A program made the position numbers and the translations under genes. A stretch of DNA of 64,000 nucleotides from Setoptus koraiensis (taxonomy: Eukaryota; Animalia; Arthropoda): the NCBI GenBank assembly GCA_048013815.1, contig CM106585.1, positions 11,222,001 to 11,286,000 on the forward strand. Reading direction: 5' to 3'. The notes below the pieces were generated by a model, which had not been told where the DNA came from, searched no databases, and was given only the letters and a program-made list of their open reading frames with translations. Below, piece by piece: positions 58,234 to 64,000 of this stretch (position 1 is the stretch's first letter; each line of letters begins with the position of its first letter).

Positions 58234-59842
58234 ATGTTTTATCCTTCTTTATTAAGTATTCTAATAGTTACAGCAAGCATAATAAATTATCGACATGTAT
58301 CGTGCAAACCAAAATTGATTACCACCGATCAAGGACACAAAACTTCTTGGGATATACCTAATGAGGCAAGCAATCATAAAAATTCGTACTATCGATCACA
58401 ACAACAGCCAGAGTGGAGTGTCGAGTTGATTCCGGACCCACCGGCACCGACATCCTCAATCCAGCTAGATGTACAGTACCCAAATGATTCCAATCAATAT
58501 GGATCGATGCATACAACAAACAATCAAACTGACATCAATGAATTCACTCCCGGCAGCAAACTGTCCAAACACAGTGAAATAACTTTAGACAAATATCTAA
58601 ATAAAATCAATCAATTAGACAATTTCGTCACCAAAAACAACAATGAATACTACACGTATCAAAAACCACAAACAATGGATCAGTACTACTCGAACACAAC
58701 CAGAAGAGCTTACGATGATCTTTATCGCTTGAGCAGCACAGATAGAGTTCGGGTAAATCCAAATTCTAAATATCAAAGAGAGTCATCGTCACAATATAAA
58801 CGACAAACGAGTTACGCACCAGTTCCTGAGACACCTAAGACAAAACACTATTATAATGATGATATTGTTAGGCTCATTAATGAGCAAAATAAGGCTGTAT
58901 CGCAACGATACCTGACAGAACTTGCTGTAAGTAGTGAGTAGAAGTGATTGATTCGTCTACTTCAACGATTGATTGCTATCTAATCTGAGAGCATCACAAC
59001 ATAAATTCTTTTATCCCTATCAGATGTCTTTACCTCCTCGCACCAGTTTGAATGATCTGCTATGGTTGTCAGACCAAGGATCGAACTATAATAATAGACA
59101 GCCATACATAGCCCAACAGCAAGTAGCGTACCCGGTTGTTGACATATTATCAGGTCCAATATTGTTAGAAGGCAAAACCAAAGCCAACGTTAGATCGTGG
59201 GATGAATATCCTAATTATCATAATAGTAGACTACAAAACAGATTCGGCTATGCTAACAGAGGAAAGACATCACGAGTCGATGGGGAACAATTAACCATCA
59301 ATCTAGATACAAACGATGAAAATGTTAAATATCAAATTTATGAAGATTATGGTCCCAACTACGGGGACGCTAAGCCTCCCCTTGTAAAACATCGTAAGAG
59401 AGATGATGAATCGAGTATGATGATGCAACCATCGCATTTTTCTCATCACTATGAACCAAGCTTTCTAGCGCCACCAGTTCACCATCACTTCAGCAAGGAA
59501 CGTTCAACGAAAAAAAGTAGTCTTGAGAAGGTGGGCTTCTCCGTATTGATTGGTTCCATTGCCGCGCTTATAAGTTTTCTCATCATCTCAAATATATTCT
59601 TATCTATACCATTGTTTGCCATAACGATCATGCAGTTACTCCAACCAAATCAAAATAATCAAATTATACCCATACCAAACACAAACCCCCAAGTGATACC
59701 AACTACAAATGGCAAGCGCAGAAAGAGGGATCTCGACAAACCGTTCAAGGCCTACAATATCAATGGTACAAACTTAGACAAGCTACTTCTGGACCTAATA
59801 AGGATAATAAAGACATTCAATGATCTACAACAGAAAAGCTAA
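58234..59842 (+). CDS. Secreted/membrane Y/Q/N-rich protein with a hydrophobic segment and furin sites, ~503 aa; join(58234..58926,59024..59842)
   Basis: Signal peptide MFYPSLLSILIVTASII. GCT|GTAAGT donor and TTCTTTTATCCCTATCAG acceptor in phase 0. Hydrophobic VGFSVLIGSIAALISFLIISNIFLSIPLFAITIM. Basic sites HRKR and RRKR. Confidence 0.8.
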
Positions 59843-60618
59843 CAGTTAAATTGAATATACAACAGTATACACAATTGAGATTCTACACAGAAATAAGTTC
59901 ATTAAGTTGATTAGCATAATGAATACTATTATTATTATTATTATTTATTGATACTATGAGATAGAGAGAGGTTATTATATAGTAAACTATTACGCAAATG
60001 TATGATCATCAAGCTGAGATTAGATTGCAGTTTATCCCATGTACGACGCTCTTAGTGTCTGTCTTAAAGGGCAGTTGAATGTAAGGACTATTTTGGTAGA
60101 TTCGAGATATAGGTTTGGCTAGATAATGTAGTAAAATTTAAATTACATCATGTTATATTACAATTGTGCCACTGTTTTCTTTTTCATGAAAATTGATACC
60201 GAGGTTCGTTTGCATAAGCTAATCAATATTTACTAGAAACTATAGTGCTATTGTTTTTGAATGAAGTTTTAGATGAATTTTGTGATATATTAGTGCTCGT
60301 GGTTGGCGGTATGTCTGAAGTTTGTGAGGTCTGGCCCGTTGACCGATTGAGCCCTCTAACTATAGTTATACCTCGCTCAGTGACAAAGCTGAATGCCACA
60401 GGAGGATTGCTACTAGCCTTGGCATTCGGGTTGCTCGACGAGGGATAAATCATCTTGGCTTTAGGTTTGAACAATGGACTATTCACCGAAACATGGCCAT
60501 GGTCTTTCGAAAAACGCCGAAAACGCCCACGTATGGCCATATTTTCACCGAATCGATTGAGCGAGAATGAGCGCCGATTCGGTTGTTCAGAATTTTCAAA
60601 ATTCAATTTTGTCACACA

Positions 60619-60791
60619 TCATGACAAAATTGTTCGTTCCTCAGTGAGAGTTTGCCATTCAACATCAACCAAGGGGTTGTGTGGATTTTTTGTTTTCCAG
60701 GTTAAACGTTCGGGCAGGTTCTTCTCGAACAGTCCAGAATCGATGCGCTGTTGTATGAGCCAGGGCACGGCGTCAGCACTATTTTGGTAAA
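60619..60791 (-). CDS. Candidate terminal coding exon of an unresolved minus-strand gene
   Basis: A TTTTCAAG acceptor is followed by a protein-like frame YQNSADAVPWLIQQRIDSGLFEKNLPERLTWKTKNPHNPLVDVEWQTLTEERTILS ending in TGA. Upstream exons not found. Confidence 0.35.
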
Positions 60792-61747
60792 CTTGAAAAT
60801 GACTCTTGTATGGGCCCTCATTTTGTGGTTACTTTGCAATTCAGAGCACGAATCGACAAGACAAGACAAGACAACTTGAACTCATGATGAAGTTTAACTC
60901 TGCGCTGATGAAGTTCGTTGAGACTTGATCGAGCTGGCAGCGGCAAAATCGCAGGCACATTGATACTGGAGTGTACGATAGCGATAGCTAATGTGGCGGC
61001 GTTAATGTAGCGATTTGGTTCATCTACTTCGGCCAAGTTTGCTTGTTGTGGTACGAAACAAGCACAAACCAATTGGCCGGATGGTTGTTTACACGACAAA
61101 GTTTGTGGTGACAATATTAGTTATGCAAGACACGGTATCGAGTTGCAAGTCAACTATTCTGTGGTATAAACTTGCAGCACATCGAGGCGACCTTTCAGCT
61201 AAATAGGAAGAAGGGAGAGTTGGTATATCAAGATGATAGTGACAATGTAAGCACACTTCTCAATGGCTTACTGACCATGTTAACATGTTTGAGATCATTG
61301 TCATTCTAGAGATCTTGTGCAACATTCTAGCTACGTATTAATAGTATTAATAGTTTACCGTGCACTGTAGTGCTGTAATAGTGCTGCTGTGATAGCGTGT
61401 GTCGAGTTTGTTCATGGACATTACTCATTCGAGACTCTTCCTGGTTTTGTCGGCAAATCTATCCAGTATGACACCACGATCCCGAGTAGAATGAGCCCCC
61501 CGTTTATGGCACGGTCACACTCGATCAGAATACAAGTGTCTGTCGTTGGGGCCGAGATTTTGAAACGCGATCCTTTGTGACACTTGATTCAAATCAATAC
61601 GATCAAATGATATGCAACGATATGGGCGCGAAAAAGATTGTTGCATTGATGGCGCTCGATGACGATTGTGGAGCGACAATCAAATGACAATCTTCATTAT
61701 CGATTCATAATCACTGCTGGGCACTCTGTTTGCTCGCACCACGCCAC

Positions 61748-61869
61748 ACAATCAATACAATCAATACAATCAATACAATCAATACAATCAATACAATCAA
61801 TACAATCAATACAATCAATACAATCAATACAATCAATACAATCAATACAATCAATACAATCAATACAAT
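61748..61869. repeat. Perfect 9-bp minisatellite (ACAATCAAT) x13.5
   Basis: Read directly. It creates the spurious IQS/CID repeat ORFs. Confidence 0.98.
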
Positions 61870-63048
61870 GGACTAGTACCGAGCTGATAACTGGCAATCC
61901 GACAAAACACAAACTACTATCCATACTATGGATTGCACAGTGACATGAGCACAACATTGTGCAATGTTGATCTACTCGGTCTGATTATCTGGCAAGACAA
62001 AAACAAAAATGTAATGCAAACAACAAATATGTCGCCATTGCGAGTGCTGTTATCAGATTGTTAGCAGTGGCATTAATATAATTTGGCGCCCGACTGACAA
62101 ATGTGAAGCAGTGTGTTGATTATAATTACCATAGTGATCTGAATAATCATAAATTGTCTTTTAATCATAAACTGTTTGTCGGATTAATGTGTATAAAATT
62201 GTAGATTCCATTATGGATGACAACTGTTTGATAAAACAGACATCAGTGTCAACTGCATGCATAACTGAAACTAATCGCCTAAAAGAATTGATGAATGTGC
62301 ATGTGTGTCGCGCCAGACAAAATGAGAATATGAATATCGAGTCGCTGTGAGTTGATAATTATTTCAAGTATAAAGTATATAAAACATTTCAAGCTTGAGT
62401 GAAGCGGCCAACAGTGAAGATGTTTTTCATGCACGCCTACACGCGTGGTGTAGGCGTTGCTAACTTTTTATCCAGAGGTAGAGTGCTCAACAGCTATCTC
62501 TGGCGAGTGTCAGCGATGGCTGCAGAGGGCTGCTGAGGGCTGCAGAGAGGAGAAGGTGAAGCCGGAGGAAGACAGAAAAGGCTAATGAACTCGTTCACTC
62601 TTCTACCCTAATAATCAGCCCATCACGTGAGCGCTGCTATACGACCAAATAACATAGAGGTATGTGTACAGGTGAATGGTTGCATAACAAACATAACAGT
62701 AACAAGCGGGCTTGAAATAACAACAACGAAGAAGACGAAGAGGCTTAGCGAAGCCGTATGTTAATTAGAACACTCAGGCTGTGGGCTGAGGCCGAAGAAC
62801 TGTTACATTAGCAGCGACGGCAACAACAGCAACAACAATTGCAACAGGTCAGTGTGTGTGTGTGTGTGTTGATATATAAATAGCCAGCTCATAGGCTCAT
62901 GGGCTCATGGGCTCATGGGCTCTGTGGCTCGCCGAGTAAACTCGTTTGCTGCGAGTGTGTGTCAAACTTGATAGCTAGACACATCGTGATAGTAGTCGTA
63001 TTCACTTGTGAAGTGCTTGATCTATCATGTGAGTCGCCTGGCTTGCCA

Positions 63049-63108
63049 GCCAGTGAGCCAGTGCGCCAGTGAGCCAGTGAGCCAGTGAGCCAGTGAGCCA
63101 GTGAGCCA
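63049..63108. repeat. 8-bp tandem repeat (GCCAGTGA) x7.5
   Basis: Read directly; one copy has a substitution. Confidence 0.95.
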
Positions 63109-64000
63109 ATAACAACAGTTTAACATTTCGAGTGCTCACACTGACAAGTTTTCCGTTTCAGATTATTACTCAATGGGCTTCTCATAGCGCCGCACACAGT
63201 AGGTATAGTGATCGCATTCAACATGTACCAATGCACCATAATGCCGTGATACCATAATACCACGATACCATAATACAGTTTATGAGTGACTCATACATCC
63301 CTCTTTATATATATCAGTATATACTGGTGTGTATATCGAGCAGTGGTGGCAACAGTGATCAAACAGCAAACCTTTCCATGATGCGCAAATCATTGCGTTA
63401 ACAAAACAGCTAGCGCCATCACAAACTCAAAATACCGCTATTCTTATCGGCTATATCAGCTCAAGCAAGCCGTTGTTGTTCATTACGCGATTGTGGGCAG
63501 AGTTTCGGCCTTACCAGCCACAGTGGAGTGTTAATAAAAATAGTTTGCAAACTCATCGTCGGGGCTGACCGGCTTATCAACGTTTTGTGTAGTGTGTATA
63601 TGGTGTGGTCATTAGCATAGTTCATACCACAACAACCGTTTCTACTCTCACTGACAGTCGCATTGCGAGACACTAACCTTTGCAACTAATATTTACAATT
63701 TAATGTTCAATTAACATTAGTTATACTAAAGTAGCGATGCTAGTGCAAATAGCCGCCAATGATCGCCAACGACCAACAGCGATACTAGCGACAACATCAA
63801 CAACTAAAAGTTAATCTGCGTCGACCATTGTTTAATTTTAGACCAATGTCGACAGGTACGCGTCGCGTCGCCTCGCTACACTAGACGAGCCATTATCATC
63901 ACAATCGTCGTCGCCGTGGTCGTCGTCGTCGTGGTTGTCGTTATTATTATCGTTCTAATGCAACAAACAATGAACACACTTGCCAATCACACGAGTTGCC

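Noticed and set aside
61289-61312. bantam miRNA-like TGAGATCATTGT
   Set aside because: Only the first 12 nt match; the 3' half differs and there is no canonical precursor hairpin.
61485-61510. RNase MRP CR-V-like motif (minus strand ACGGGGGGCTCATTCT)
   Set aside because: There is no GARAGUCCCC CR-I at a suitable distance, and the region where P1-P3 would lie is occupied by the 9-bp minisatellite.
1-64000. CRISPR arrays, rRNA, tRNA genes, prokaryotic operons
   Set aside because: All tandem arrays lack unique spacers, no rRNA or tRNA cloverleaf was recognised, and the genes are spliceosomal-intron-containing eukaryotic genes.

Overview
Eukaryotic (bilaterian animal) genomic DNA, very compact and intron-poor. 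The gene content and style (CAA/AC microsatellites, near-intronless housekeeping genes, mite-type secreted Cys-rich paralogs) fit a small-genome acariform mite, possibly eriophyoid-like; this host call is inference. From left to right: a 500-N gap; a minus-strand Ty3/gypsy-type LTR element remnant (LTR, tRNA-iMet PBS, intact gag, UUUAAAC -1 frameshift into a degenerate protease, no RT/IN before the gap); an ORP5/8-type oxysterol-binding protein; a stand-alone single-GoLoco microprotein; a secreted orphan; poly(A) polymerase; PTH2 26 bp further on; an SRP (7SL) RNA gene; a C6orf136/DUF2358 protein; LRRC58; a ~1936-aa GC-rich secreted low-complexity protein; VPS35 interrupted by a 1135-bp G/T-only tract whose precise removal restores the ORF; two tandem secreted Cys-rich paralogs; a miniaturised Sog/Chordin lacking the CHRD stem and CR4; taxilin; a second secreted protein with a hydrophobic-segment/furin-site module; and a candidate minus-strand exon with an in-frame TGA followed by a long open extension. 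All spliced models were inferred by eye from GT/AG sites and frame continuity. All family assignments come from motif recognition, not database searches.
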